A stretch of DNA of 58,336 nucleotides from Patescibacteria group bacterium (GTDB lineage: Bacteria; Patescibacteriota; Patescibacteriia; SG8-24): contig JBAYFM010000010.1 in assembly GCA_041667185.1 (NCBI GenBank), positions 1 to 58,336 of the forward strand, read 5' to 3'. Below the pieces are notes generated by a model. It did not search any database and had not been told where the DNA came from. It saw only the letters and a program-made list of their open reading frames with translations. Shown piece by piece: positions 27,113 through 37,349 of the stretch (positions are counted from its first letter, which is position 1; the number at the start of each line of letters is the position of its first letter). The translations under genes and the position numbers were made by a program.

Positions 27113-27142
27113 ATTATAACACGGGCTCAGACCCGCGTCCAA
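27113..27142 (-). promoter_or_regulatory. near-consensus sigma70-type promoter of the T4SS-like/giant-protein operon
   Basis: Minus strand reads TTGGAC gcgggtctgagcccgtgt TATAAT (18-nt spacer). It lies 18 nt after the rsmA stop and ~30 nt before the first ORF. Confidence 0.55.
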
Positions 27143-27159
27143 GGTAAATTAAGGGGGTT

Positions 27160-28014
27160 TCAGGACCGCTTGGCGAGCTCGATGGAGAGGCGCGCCCAAT
27201 CGCTGACGGAGAGTTCCTGGGGCCTGGATTCGGGCTTTAAACTAGCTGAAATTATAGCTTCATTGAGCAAAATATCGCTGAGACCCAGCTGGCGCAGCGT
27301 GTTCTTGATCTGTTTGCGGGGTTCCTGAAAAGCCGCCCGGGTCACCCGGAAATGCCGTTCAGCCGACCAAGCGGCGCCGAATCTGGCGCTGAGTTCGGCT
27401 GATGAAAACGGCTTGATGTGGATAACTGCGGAGTCGACTTGCGGGGCGGGATAGAAGCTGGCGCGCGGCACCCGGACCACGAGCGCGGCTTGCGCCAGGG
27501 TCTGGACGAGCACCGCGAGCGAACTCATCTCGCCCGGCGCGGCCAGGACGCGGTCAGCGACCTCGGCCTGGACCATGAGCGTGAAACTTGCCGGCTGCGG
27601 CGCTTCGAGCAGGAACTTCTGGATGAGGGCGCTCGTGATGGCGTACGGGATGTTGGCGACGACGCGGTAACCGGATCGCGAACCGCCGGCCGCTTCGGCC
27701 AGCGCCGCGTTCGTGAAGGCCAGCGCGTCGCCCTCCAGCACCTGCAGATCCTGCTTGTCGAAACGGCGGCGCAGGAACGAGCAGAGCCGCGGATCGATCT
27801 CGACGGCCGCGACGCGCGCGCCGCGCTCGAGCAGCCGGCCGGTGAGGACGCCGGCTCCCGGACCGATCTCGACCGCGGCGGAACCACGTTCGATGCCCGC
27901 GGCCGCGACCATCTGGTCGATCACTTTTTCGTCCAACAAGAAATTCTGACCGCGCCCTTTCCAGGGTTCGATTCGGGCTTCATTGAGCAAAATTTTGAGC
28001 TCCTCCGCGGTCAT
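27160..28014 (-). CDS. rsmA: 16S rRNA (adenine1518/1519-N6)-dimethyltransferase
   Basis: GQNFLLDEKVIDQMV, the SAM motif VEIGPGAGVLT, and NIPYAITS. Confidence 0.9.
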   Translation of the reverse strand: MTAEELKILLNEARIEPWKGRGQNFLLDEKVIDQMVAAAGIERGSAAVEIGPGAGVLTGRLLERGARVAAVEIDPRLCSFLRRRFDKQDLQVLEGDALAFTNAALAEAAGGSRSGYRVVANIPYAITSALIQKFLLEAPQPASFTLMVQAEVADRVLAAPGEMSSLAVLVQTLAQAALVVRVPRASFYPAPQVDSAVIHIKPFSSAELSARFGAAWSAERHFRVTRAAFQEPRKQIKNTLRQLGLSDILLNEAIISASLKPESRPQELSVSDWARLSIELAKRS

Positions 28015-29225
28015 GCTACCGGCGCCACAATGGTCTCGTCCGGCGTTTCGCCGCGCTTGTCGATCATGACGGCGAACAGCAGCGTGAAGCCGGCCGCCAG
28101 GATGAAGATGGGCGTCCAGGCATCGGGGAAGATCCGGAACAGCGCGACGGCGGCGAGCGCTGCAAGGATCTTGCCGACCGACAGCGCCATCTCGAAGAAG
28201 ATGACCTGCTCGGTGGCGCCGTCGCAGCGCGCTTTCTCATAGAGCAGCGCCACGAGCGGGATGCCGATCATGTTCTTGGCGACGCGATAGAACGAATCGA
28301 TCAGGAAGACGCCGAGGCCGCCGCCGACGAAGATGCGCACGAGCCAGGAGCCGGCCGTGAAGAACGCGCCGCTGCGCAACACTTGCATTTTTCCGCCATC
28401 ATCCACGAGGCTGCCGATGTACAGGATGACGACGACGTTGACCATCATGGCGAGCGACATGATCGCGCCCAGGGACAGCATGTTCGGAATGACGAACGAC
28501 ACGAAGATCGGCCAGAGCACCAGGGCCAGGAATTCCTCGCCGTAGCCGATGAAGGCCAGGAGCGCGCGGCGGTTGTCTTTTTTGACCAGCCGCTTCAGCG
28601 CCCCACCATAAGAAAATGGCTTAGGTATGAAGAATTCCGGGGTCCGGAGCAGCGGCGCGTTCGAGAGCAGGATCAGCACCGAGACGACGATGAAGAGAGC
28701 TTTGAAACCCAGGAAAGCGACAATGACGCCGCCGACGACCGGCGCGGTCGCGGCCGCGAACGCCGACAGCGACCACATGTTCGAGATCTCCCGTCCGGTC
28801 TCAGCCTGCTGGCTCCAGGTCGCGAAGTTGGAATGGTAGCTCGGCCAATACAGGATCTTCTGGATCGCGAGCGCCACGACGGCCGCGGCAATGAACAGCT
28901 GATTGTAAGAGATGGCGAAGAACGAGAGATAGTACAGGATCAGGAACGGCGAGCTGAGCAGGATCGTGTGCTCGTAGCCGTGCCGGCGGCAGATGCGGCC
29001 GCCGATCGGCAGCAGGAAAAAATAGAGCACGTAGACCGCGGCGTAAAAGAGGAGGATCTGTTCGATTGAAAATTTCTGCGAATAAAGATAGATCGGCTCG
29101 AACACCATGACGAGCGACATGGCGAAATCCAGGATCGCCGTGGACCAGAAAAGCTCCCGGACCTCGCGAGCCGGATGCGGGGCGAGGAAATGTTCGACGT
29201 AATGCCGGAGGTGTCCCGTGGCCAT
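28011..29225 (-). CDS. MFS-type transporter
   Basis: 404 aa with about 12 hydrophobic segments and a loop RICRRHGYEHT after TM2. There is a 4-nt overlap with rsmA. Confidence 0.7.
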   Translation of the reverse strand: MATGHLRHYVEHFLAPHPAREVRELFWSTAILDFAMSLVMVFEPIYLYSQKFSIEQILLFYAAVYVLYFFLLPIGGRICRRHGYEHTILLSSPFLILYYLSFFAISYNQLFIAAAVVALAIQKILYWPSYHSNFATWSQQAETGREISNMWSLSAFAAATAPVVGGVIVAFLGFKALFIVVSVLILLSNAPLLRTPEFFIPKPFSYGGALKRLVKKDNRRALLAFIGYGEEFLALVLWPIFVSFVIPNMLSLGAIMSLAMMVNVVVILYIGSLVDDGGKMQVLRSGAFFTAGSWLVRIFVGGGLGVFLIDSFYRVAKNMIGIPLVALLYEKARCDGATEQVIFFEMALSVGKILAALAAVALFRIFPDAWTPIFILAAGFTLLFAVMIDKRGETPDETIVAPVA

Positions 29226-29237
29226 GTGGGGTTGCGG

Positions 29238-29873
29238 CTAATGGCTCTCAGCCAGTTTTATGCTGCCTGGACGCAAAATAACGACCTGGCCTTTCACGAT
29301 CTTAACGATAGTCGAAGGCGGCCGACGGGGCAATGCCCCGGCGTTCAGGAATAGCTCCGGCTGTCGGCGGCGCGCGACCAGTTGTTTCCGCACCTCGCGC
29401 GGCGAGTAACAGGCCGGCTGGCCGGAAAGGTTCGCCGAGGTCGAAGTGAGCGGCGCGCCGAATTCGCGCGCGAGCGCGCGGGCCCAGGCCAGCGCCGGCA
29501 CGCGGACAGCGACGGTCGCGCCGCGAGCGCCGGCTCCGACCGGACGGCGGCCGGATCTGACCGGCGCGACGATGGTCAGGGCGCCGGGCCAATGTCGGAG
29601 CGCGAGACGGCGCGCCGGGCCAATGAGCCGCACGACTGCGGCAGCCTGTCGGAGATCGGCGGCGATGAGTGGCAATTTCTTATCATTCGTCCGCCCCTTG
29701 ATGGCGTAGATCGCGGCCACGGCCTCGCGGCTGAACGGATCGGCGGCCAGACCGTAGGCAGTCTCGGTCGGAAAGACGACGACACGGCCGGAACGCAAAA
29801 CGCGGACCGCCTCGCTCAAGGCCGTTCGCGAAACGCGATCGCGTTGGATGCGCAGCGTTCTCATGCCGTTCAT
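29238..29873 (-). CDS. tsaC: L-threonylcarbamoyladenylate synthase (Sua5/YrdC/TsaC family)
   Basis: VVVFPTETAYGLAADP, AIKGR..KKLPLI and SANLSGQP. I trimmed the start to the ATG at 29873, which forms an ATGA overlap with the upstream stop (29870-29872). The longer track ORF (to 29987) overlaps the epimerase gene. Confidence 0.8.
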   Translation of the reverse strand: MNGMRTLRIQRDRVSRTALSEAVRVLRSGRVVVFPTETAYGLAADPFSREAVAAIYAIKGRTNDKKLPLIAADLRQAAAVVRLIGPARRLALRHWPGALTIVAPVRSGRRPVGAGARGATVAVRVPALAWARALAREFGAPLTSTSANLSGQPACYSPREVRKQLVARRRQPELFLNAGALPRRPPSTIVKIVKGQVVILRPGSIKLAESH

Positions 29874-30835
29874 CTCATGAAAGCCGGGCGCCGGGTATGT
29901 TCCGCCGACGGCCGCGGCGAGCGGGTCTTGGCCACTGACGCATACGCCAAGCTGAGCCCTTCCTCGATTGAAACCTGCGGCCGCCAACCAACCTTGGCCG
30001 CACGGCGCGGATCGAGCACGCTCCGGCGATCCTCGTTAGGCTTGGCCGCCGCGTGTTTAGCCTCGACTTCGGAGCCGGAAATTTGCCTTAAAATGCGGAA
30101 AATATCATTGATCGAGGTTTCGACGCCAGTGCTGACGTTGAAGATGCCGTGCAGCCGCCGTTCGGCCGCGAGCACGACCATACGAGCGATATCGCCCACA
30201 TAGACGAAATCCCGGGACTGGCCGCCGTTGCCATTGATGGTCGGTGACACGCCATCGCACAAATATTTCAAAAAGATGGCCACGACTCCGGCCTCGCCCT
30301 TGGAATTCTGGCGCGGACCGTAGACGTTGGCGAACCGCAGGATCGAATCGCTCATGCCGGAGAGTTCGTGGTCGGCCAAAAGGTAGCGTTCGAAAGCGGC
30401 CTTGGCGATGCCGTAAGGAGACGACGGTGCGAGCGGCGCATCCTCGGGCGTCGGCAGCGTCTTGGCGCTGCCGTAAGCCGCGCCGGAAGACGCGAACACG
30501 AAATGCCGCGCGTTGGCGGCGTGAGTGGCTTTGAGTACGTTCAGTCCGCCAATGATGTTGATGTCGGCATCAGCCGCCGGATCCTCGCTCGAACGACGGA
30601 CGCTGATCTGGGCTGCTAGATGAATGACGACCGCGGGCTTGAGCCGGCGAAACAAGGCCGGCAACTTCGATGACCGGATATCGATCTTGTGCAGGTTCGC
30701 CGCCGGATTGAGATTCGCGCGCTTGCCGGTCGACAGATCGTCGATGACGTGGACGCGATGGCCATGTTCGACCAGGAGATCAACGACATGCGAGCCGATG
30801 AAACCAGCGCCTCCAGTTACAATAAATGTTTCCAT
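29870..30835 (-). CDS. NAD-dependent epimerase/dehydratase (GalE-like)
   Basis: Rossmann motif IVTGGAGFIGSHVV and the catalytic YGIAK (YxxxK). Confidence 0.85.
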   Translation of the reverse strand: METFIVTGGAGFIGSHVVDLLVEHGHRVHVIDDLSTGKRANLNPAANLHKIDIRSSKLPALFRRLKPAVVIHLAAQISVRRSSEDPAADADINIIGGLNVLKATHAANARHFVFASSGAAYGSAKTLPTPEDAPLAPSSPYGIAKAAFERYLLADHELSGMSDSILRFANVYGPRQNSKGEAGVVAIFLKYLCDGVSPTINGNGGQSRDFVYVGDIARMVVLAAERRLHGIFNVSTGVETSINDIFRILRQISGSEVEAKHAAAKPNEDRRSVLDPRRAAKVGWRPQVSIEEGLSLAYASVAKTRSPRPSAEHTRRPAFMR

Positions 30836-30889
30836 ATGATACGACCGTCAGATAACGCCTTAGGACTTCTAGAAGCCGCGAAAATGAGC

Positions 30890-32054
30890 TTAAATATCGT
30901 CCGACTCGGCCTCTTCAGCCGCTGACGTGCCATCCGCGGACGACGTGTCGCCGCCGCCCTGTTTGCGATACCGCAGATAAGACTCAACGAACTCGTCGAG
31001 GTCGCCATTCAGGATGCGTTCCGCGTCCTGGGTCTCATATTTGGTGCGATGATCTTTGACCAGCTTGTACGGATGCAAGACGTAAGACCGCGCCTGATTC
31101 CCCCACTCCGCGCTCGTGAACTCGCCGCGCAATTTTTTCTTCTCGGAATTACGCTCCTGCAGATAGATGGCGTGCAGCTTGGCGCGCAAGATGCGCATGG
31201 CGGTTTCCTTGTTCTGGGTCTGCGAGCGTTCGTTCTGGCAAGAGACGACGATGCCCGTCGGCAGATGCGTGACGCGCACGGCCGAATAGGTCGTCTGCAC
31301 GCCCTGGCCGCCGTGGCCGCCGGCGAGGAACGTGTCGATGCGCAGATCCTCGGGCTTGATCTTCACCTCTTCGATGTCGCCAAGATCGGGCAGGACCTCG
31401 ACCAGGGCGAAGGACGTTTGGCGGAGATGGTCGGCGTTGAACGGCGAAAGCCGCACGAGGCGATGCACCCCGGCCTCGGATTTCAGATGACCATAAGCAA
31501 AGCGCCCCTCCACGGAGAAGGTCGCACTCTTGATTCCGGCTTCAGCGCCACGATGCTCATCCAACGTTTTGACGCGCCATTTTTTAAGCTCAGCATAGCG
31601 GAAAAACATCCGCATCAGCATCTCCGCCCAATCCTGGGCTTCAGTGCCGCCGGCTCCCGCGTGGACCGCCACGATGGCGTCGCGGTCGTCGTATTTATCA
31701 TCCATGAGCGTCGCGAATTCCAGTTTCGCCAGGCGCTCCTTGATGGCGTCGAACTGCTTCAGGATCTCCGCTTCGGAAGCCTCGTCCCCTTCTTCAGCGG
31801 CCAATTTGGCGAACTCCAAAAGTTCGGACGAATCCGTCCGGAGAGATTTCCAGGCTTCGTAATATTCCTTCAACTCGGCCAGTCGGCGCGAGACGCGCTG
31901 GGCCGTTTCGTTGTCTTTCCAGAAATCAGGCTGCTGCGATTCCCATTCCAGTGATTCGATTTCGCCGTGGGTCTTATCCAGGTCAAAGCAACCCCCACGT
32001 CCCGGAGACTTTGGCGGCGATCTCGTCGATGGCGTGGAGGTATTGTTTGATCAT
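30890..32054 (-). CDS. prfB: peptide chain release factor 2, requires a programmed +1 frameshift
   Basis: Frame 0 runs 32054..31986 (MIKQYLHAIDEIAAKVSGTWGLL) and meets an in-frame TGA at 31985-31983. The +1 frame runs 31984..30890 and continues DLDKTHGEIESLEWESQQPDFWKD... into the track ORF, which carries SPFNADHLRQTSF and GGHGGQGVQTTYSAVRVTH (GGQ motif). Confidence 0.9.
31982..31997 (-). promoter_or_regulatory. RF2 autoregulatory +1 frameshift site
   Basis: Minus strand reads TGG GGG TTG CTT TGA C. This is an SD-like GGGGG followed 3 nt later by the slippery CTT-TGA-C, the same layout as E. coli prfB. Confidence 0.85.
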
Positions 32055-32123
32055 ATGGCTGACAGGTTCGAGACGGGCGGCGGCACGGAAAGCCGCGGCC
32101 CGGACCGACCGAACCCTGGCCGA

Positions 32124-32513
32124 CTAAAGTTTGATCTGTTTAGCGTACTGGCCGACCACCGGCAATTCCCAGCGCTCGCCCTGATAAGCCTTGACGGCGG
32201 CAAAAATCGAGAGGACGACGAGGGCCAGGCAAGTCATCTGCCCGATGAACGGGATCCAGACGATGAAACTGGCGACGACCCAGACGAGAAAGAGGGCGAT
32301 GCCCTGGCGGACATGAAACTTCACGAACTCATCGTTCTTGGCTTCGGTGAGCAACGGGATCAGGAACAGGACGCCGATATAAGAAATGGCGGCCATGAGT
32401 TTGTTATTGTCGATAGCGGCGGCTGGAGCCGGGGCGGATTGCTGGGCCTGAGGTGCCGGAGCCGGGGCGGGCTGGCTAGCCGGTTGTTCGGCAGGCTTCA
32501 TTTCTTCGGACAT
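32124..32513 (-). CDS. DUF4870-like small membrane protein
   Basis: AAISYIGVLFLIPLL.....EFVKFHVRQGIALFLVWVV is the typical DUF4870 core, preceded by a Pro/Ala/Gln-rich N-terminus. I prefer the ATG at 32513; the track uses TTG at 32522. Confidence 0.7.
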   Translation of the reverse strand: MSEEMKPAEQPASQPAPAPAPQAQQSAPAPAAAIDNNKLMAAISYIGVLFLIPLLTEAKNDEFVKFHVRQGIALFLVWVVASFIVWIPFIGQMTCLALVVLSIFAAVKAYQGERWELPVVGQYAKQIKL

Positions 32514-32570
32514 AAACTTCAAACTAGAGAGTTTAATTTCGACTGCTGAAGCTTAGCTCAATTTTGAGAA

Positions 32571-32820
32571 ATTGGGAATATAGAGAGTGCGGGAGTCAGG
32601 GAGTGACGGAGTTACGGAGTCATTGTCTCTACCTGATCCAATGAACGGGAGAGTGCGGGAGTGGAGGAGTTGGGGGAGACCCGACAAAAACTCCTGCACT
32701 CCCTCACTCCTGCACTCTCACACCCCAAAACTCCCATACTCCGTCTCTCCCTGACTCCGCCACGTCGTTCGCGAACGACGTGGCTCCGTCTCTCCTGCAC
32801 TCCAGCACTCCAGCACTCTC
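32571..32820. repeat. octamer-phased GGAG/CTCC array, locus 2 (compound, with 24-nt palindrome)
   Basis: gagagtgcgggagtcagggagtgacggagttacggagtc ... gagagtgcgggagtggaggag ... ctcctgcactccctcactcctgcactctc ... CCACGTCGTTCGCGAACGACGTGG (32760-32783) ... ctcctgcactccagcactccagcactctc. Confidence 0.85.
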
Positions 32821-32885
32821 TGATTCAAAGCGGAGGTCCCTCTACTGAGGAACCCCCGCTTTTCTGGCTATTGGTTAACCGCTAC

Positions 32886-34535
<1,650 letters not shown>

Positions 34536-34555
34536 AGTTGATGTTCAAAGGATTA

Positions 34556-34846
34556 CTATTCCATGATGGCGATGATGTCGGATTCGTCGAGGATGAGCAG
34601 CGTCTGGCCGTCGATCTTCACTTCGTCCGGACCATACTTCTTGAACATGATCTGGTCGCCGACCTTGACGCTCATCGGAGCGCGCTTGCCGTCTTCGAGC
34701 AGTTTGCCGGGTCCGATCGCGAGCACCTCGCCCTGCTCCGGCCGTTCTTTTTCGACTGTCTCCGGAATAACGATGCCGGACTTGGTGACCTCGGTCTTCG
34801 GCGTGGCTTTGACCAGCACGTGGTCATTCAGCGGTTTGACTTTCAT
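34556..34846 (-). CDS. groS: co-chaperonin GroES
   Basis: MKVKPLNDHVLVK....KSGIVIP......PEQGEVLAIGPGK; 96 aa, directly upstream of groL. Confidence 0.95.
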   Translation of the reverse strand: MKVKPLNDHVLVKATPKTEVTKSGIVIPETVEKERPEQGEVLAIGPGKLLEDGKRAPMSVKVGDQIMFKKYGPDEVKIDGQTLLILDESDIIAIME

Positions 34847-34906
34847 ATCATGGCTTATAAAATATCTGCTTCATTAAGCAAATATATAGGTGATGATTAG
34901 AGGCTA

Positions 34907-34933
34907 TTAGCACTCGCTATTTTAGAGTGCTAA
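34907..34933. promoter_or_regulatory. CIRCE (HrcA operator)
   Basis: Perfect TTAGCACTC-N9-GAGTGCTAA, 60 nt upstream of the groES ATG. Confidence 0.9.
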
Positions 34934-34947
34934 TCGCTAAACGTCAA
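34919..34947 (-). promoter_or_regulatory. groES promoter overlapping CIRCE
   Basis: Minus strand reads TTGACG tttagcgattagcactc TAAAAT (17-nt spacer). The -10 lies in the CIRCE spacer. Confidence 0.5.
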
Positions 34948-36256
34948 GCGGCGCGGGGTCGTTGCGGCCGAAGCTCCAGGCCAGACCGCACAGCAGCCAG
35001 AACTGCAGCTGTCCGAACCACGAACTCCAAAGATAATGATCGAAGCAGGATGCGACGATGACCGCCGCGAGGCCGGCGGCGATGACGGCCGCCGGAGCCG
35101 AACCGCGCGCGGCCGCGGTCATGGAACTGTGGAGGGCCAGGGCCAGCGTACTGAGCCAGGCGATCAGTCCAAGCAGTCCGATCTCCGCCAGACTGAGCAG
35201 ATACACGTTATGGACCGGCTCATAACCCCAGCCCGGGCGGCCATCGCCATGGTCGCGTTCGAGTGCGAGCGGCATTTCGCCCAGGCCGACGCCCATGAGC
35301 GGATGGTCGGCGATGATCTCGGCGGCATCCTGGAGCTGGCTGCGCCGATCATTGAACGATCGGGCTTCCAGGCGGCCGGAGCCGCTGAGCCGCGTGAAGA
35401 CGACCGCGTTGAAAATGCTGCCGAAGAGCAGCAAGACCGCGGTCACGGCCAGAGCCGAACGGAAAACCGCGGAGAATGACGGCTTGGAAAACCGGACCGA
35501 CCAGATCAACAAAACGACGAAACCGGCGGCCAGGGCCAGGACGGCGCTCCTGGAAAGCGAGCAGAAGATGCCGGCCGCGAGGAGCGGCAGGGACGCCGCG
35601 GCCAAACGGCGGGCGCGGCTGCCAGCTGGCAAGGTCAGGAGCAGGCCGACGGCGAAAAAGATCCCGACGGCCAGAAAGAATCCGAGGATGTTCGGATGCG
35701 CCAGTGATCCGTAAGCGCGCAGCCAGCGGCCCGAGGCGGTCTCGACGACGTAGGAACCGGCGACCGCGGCTTCATGCGGCGCCATGCCGAACCATTTGGC
35801 GCTGACAGCCGACTGAGTGAAGAATTGCGCCGCCGCGAGCGCGGCCTGGACTGCAGCCGAAGCGACGAACGCCGCGGCGACGGTCAGGAAAGGCGCTTCG
35901 ACCAGCCTGATGCCGCACAAGACCAGCGCACCGAGCGCGATCCAGGAGACGGCGAGCAGATTCCAGCCGGAAACCGGCCCGGAAATGACGGAGGCCAGCA
36001 GGGCCGCGAGCGGCAAAGCCGCGGCCGCTGCGGCCGCCGGACCAGCGAGCCGACCAAGCCGCCGCTCCCGCGCCGCCAGAGCGAAAGCCGCGAAGACGAA
36101 AACGACCGCGAGGATCTGCGTCGCGAAAAGGCTGATGGTCCCGGCCTCGACCGGGAACCCGGCGATCGCGCCGCGGCTCCAGATGTAACGGGTGCCGAAC
36201 GGCGCCAGGAACACGAGCGTCGCGAAGATCAATTGGACGGAACGGCGCAAATTCAT
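34937..36256 (-). CDS. O-antigen ligase (Wzy_C)-like polytopic membrane protein
   Basis: 439 aa with many TM segments, plus SLAHPNILGFFLAVG and VHNVYLLSLAEIGLLGLIAW motifs typical of the family. ATGA overlap with the upstream gene. Confidence 0.7.
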   Translation of the reverse strand: MNLRRSVQLIFATLVFLAPFGTRYIWSRGAIAGFPVEAGTISLFATQILAVVFVFAAFALAARERRLGRLAGPAAAAAAALPLAALLASVISGPVSGWNLLAVSWIALGALVLCGIRLVEAPFLTVAAAFVASAAVQAALAAAQFFTQSAVSAKWFGMAPHEAAVAGSYVVETASGRWLRAYGSLAHPNILGFFLAVGIFFAVGLLLTLPAGSRARRLAAASLPLLAAGIFCSLSRSAVLALAAGFVVLLIWSVRFSKPSFSAVFRSALAVTAVLLLFGSIFNAVVFTRLSGSGRLEARSFNDRRSQLQDAAEIIADHPLMGVGLGEMPLALERDHGDGRPGWGYEPVHNVYLLSLAEIGLLGLIAWLSTLALALHSSMTAAARGSAPAAVIAAGLAAVIVASCFDHYLWSSWFGQLQFWLLCGLAWSFGRNDPAPLDV

Positions 36257-37182
36257 AATTGCTTGAGGACCTCGGCCCGCCGCTCGCGGAACCGCCGTTC
36301 GTAATCGGCCCGGCGATCATCAACATGAAACTTGAGGATGTCATCAGCCACGACCACGCGGCTGTCCGTGTTGGCCAGCTCGCGGATAGCCGCGGGGAAA
36401 CGCCGTGTCTGCCAGCGCTTGGCGAAACCATCGAGACGACGCAATAGCGGCAACAACCAGCCCGTGCCGGCGACGACCGGCACGCTGCGGCGATCAGCCT
36501 GCGGATTCGGCACGGCTCCGGGCAAGGAAGTCCGCACCCAGGCATTGGCGTTCCAGAGACGCTCCATCACGCCGCCGGCGTCGTACAGCGGCATGAGCGT
36601 GGCGGTCCAATAGAGCAGATACGGATCGCCGCCGGGCAAAGCCAGGCCGGACAGATCCAGACGGTCCTCGGAAATGATGAAGCTCAGGCAGAACCGGTCG
36701 GCTTCGCGGCCTGGCTCCGGACGCAGCCCGAATAGCTGCAGCAACCCAGCGACGATCAGACGCGTGATCCAGAGCGTGCCAGGGCGGCAGATCAGGAACA
36801 GGTCGATGTCGCTGGCCTCGTCGGCGTTGGAAAAAGCCAGGCTGTTGCAGACGGCGACGAGCCGGATCGACGGCAGCAGCCGCGTCCAACGGGCGAACCG
36901 GACGGCCAGGCGATATTTGCTTTCCGCCAGCCGATAGCGCCGCTGCCGGCTGGGGACGATCTCTTCCCGGCCGGCCAAAAAATAATATCCGCTGGCTTCG
37001 CCGACCGGCGCGCCGGCCAAAACCTCGCGGATGTCGTCGAGCTCCGGTGCCGCGACCGGACCGCCGAAGCGCCAGCGCCGCAGTTCGAGCAGCGTCAGCG
37101 GATAGTCGAACAGGTCGAAATAAGCCAGCGCGGCCAAGAGCGAAACGCGAAGTTGTGCCTGGTCAGCGGTATCCGCGATCAT
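36253..37182 (-). CDS. hypothetical protein (possible nucleotidyltransferase-fold)
   Basis: I trimmed the start to the ATG at 37182 (MIADTADQ...). The longer track ORF runs through a terminator (37312-37342) and into the deaminase gene. CNSLAFSNADEASDIDLFLI resembles a GS...DxD NTase motif. Confidence 0.6.
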   Translation of the reverse strand: MIADTADQAQLRVSLLAALAYFDLFDYPLTLLELRRWRFGGPVAAPELDDIREVLAGAPVGEASGYYFLAGREEIVPSRQRRYRLAESKYRLAVRFARWTRLLPSIRLVAVCNSLAFSNADEASDIDLFLICRPGTLWITRLIVAGLLQLFGLRPEPGREADRFCLSFIISEDRLDLSGLALPGGDPYLLYWTATLMPLYDAGGVMERLWNANAWVRTSLPGAVPNPQADRRSVPVVAGTGWLLPLLRRLDGFAKRWQTRRFPAAIRELANTDSRVVVADDILKFHVDDRRADYERRFRERRAEVLKQL

Positions 37183-37311
37183 AATCTTTCCTAAATATAA
37201 TCTAAAAAGCGGGTCTCGGCGAGCGCGGGAAAACGTAGCGGCGTGAAAACGCGGCGGCGCGAAGCAACGAAGCTTGCGCCGGCCGCGGCTTGGCGCCACC
37301 TGAACTGGCGC

Positions 37312-37342
37312 AAAAAAAAATGACCGGGCCAGAACCCGGTCA
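37312..37342 (-). terminator. intrinsic terminator after the deaminase gene
   Basis: Minus strand reads TGACCGGG ttctgg CCCGGTCA TTTTTTTTT. Confidence 0.8.
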
Positions 37343-37349
37343 AGACGCT

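Noticed and set aside
35772-36545. 257-aa alternative-frame minus-strand ORF, and plus-strand ORFs, over the O-antigen-ligase-like gene
   Set aside because: They are Arg/Gly/Pro-rich off-frame translations. The 439-aa frame has the TM pattern and Wzy_C-type motifs.
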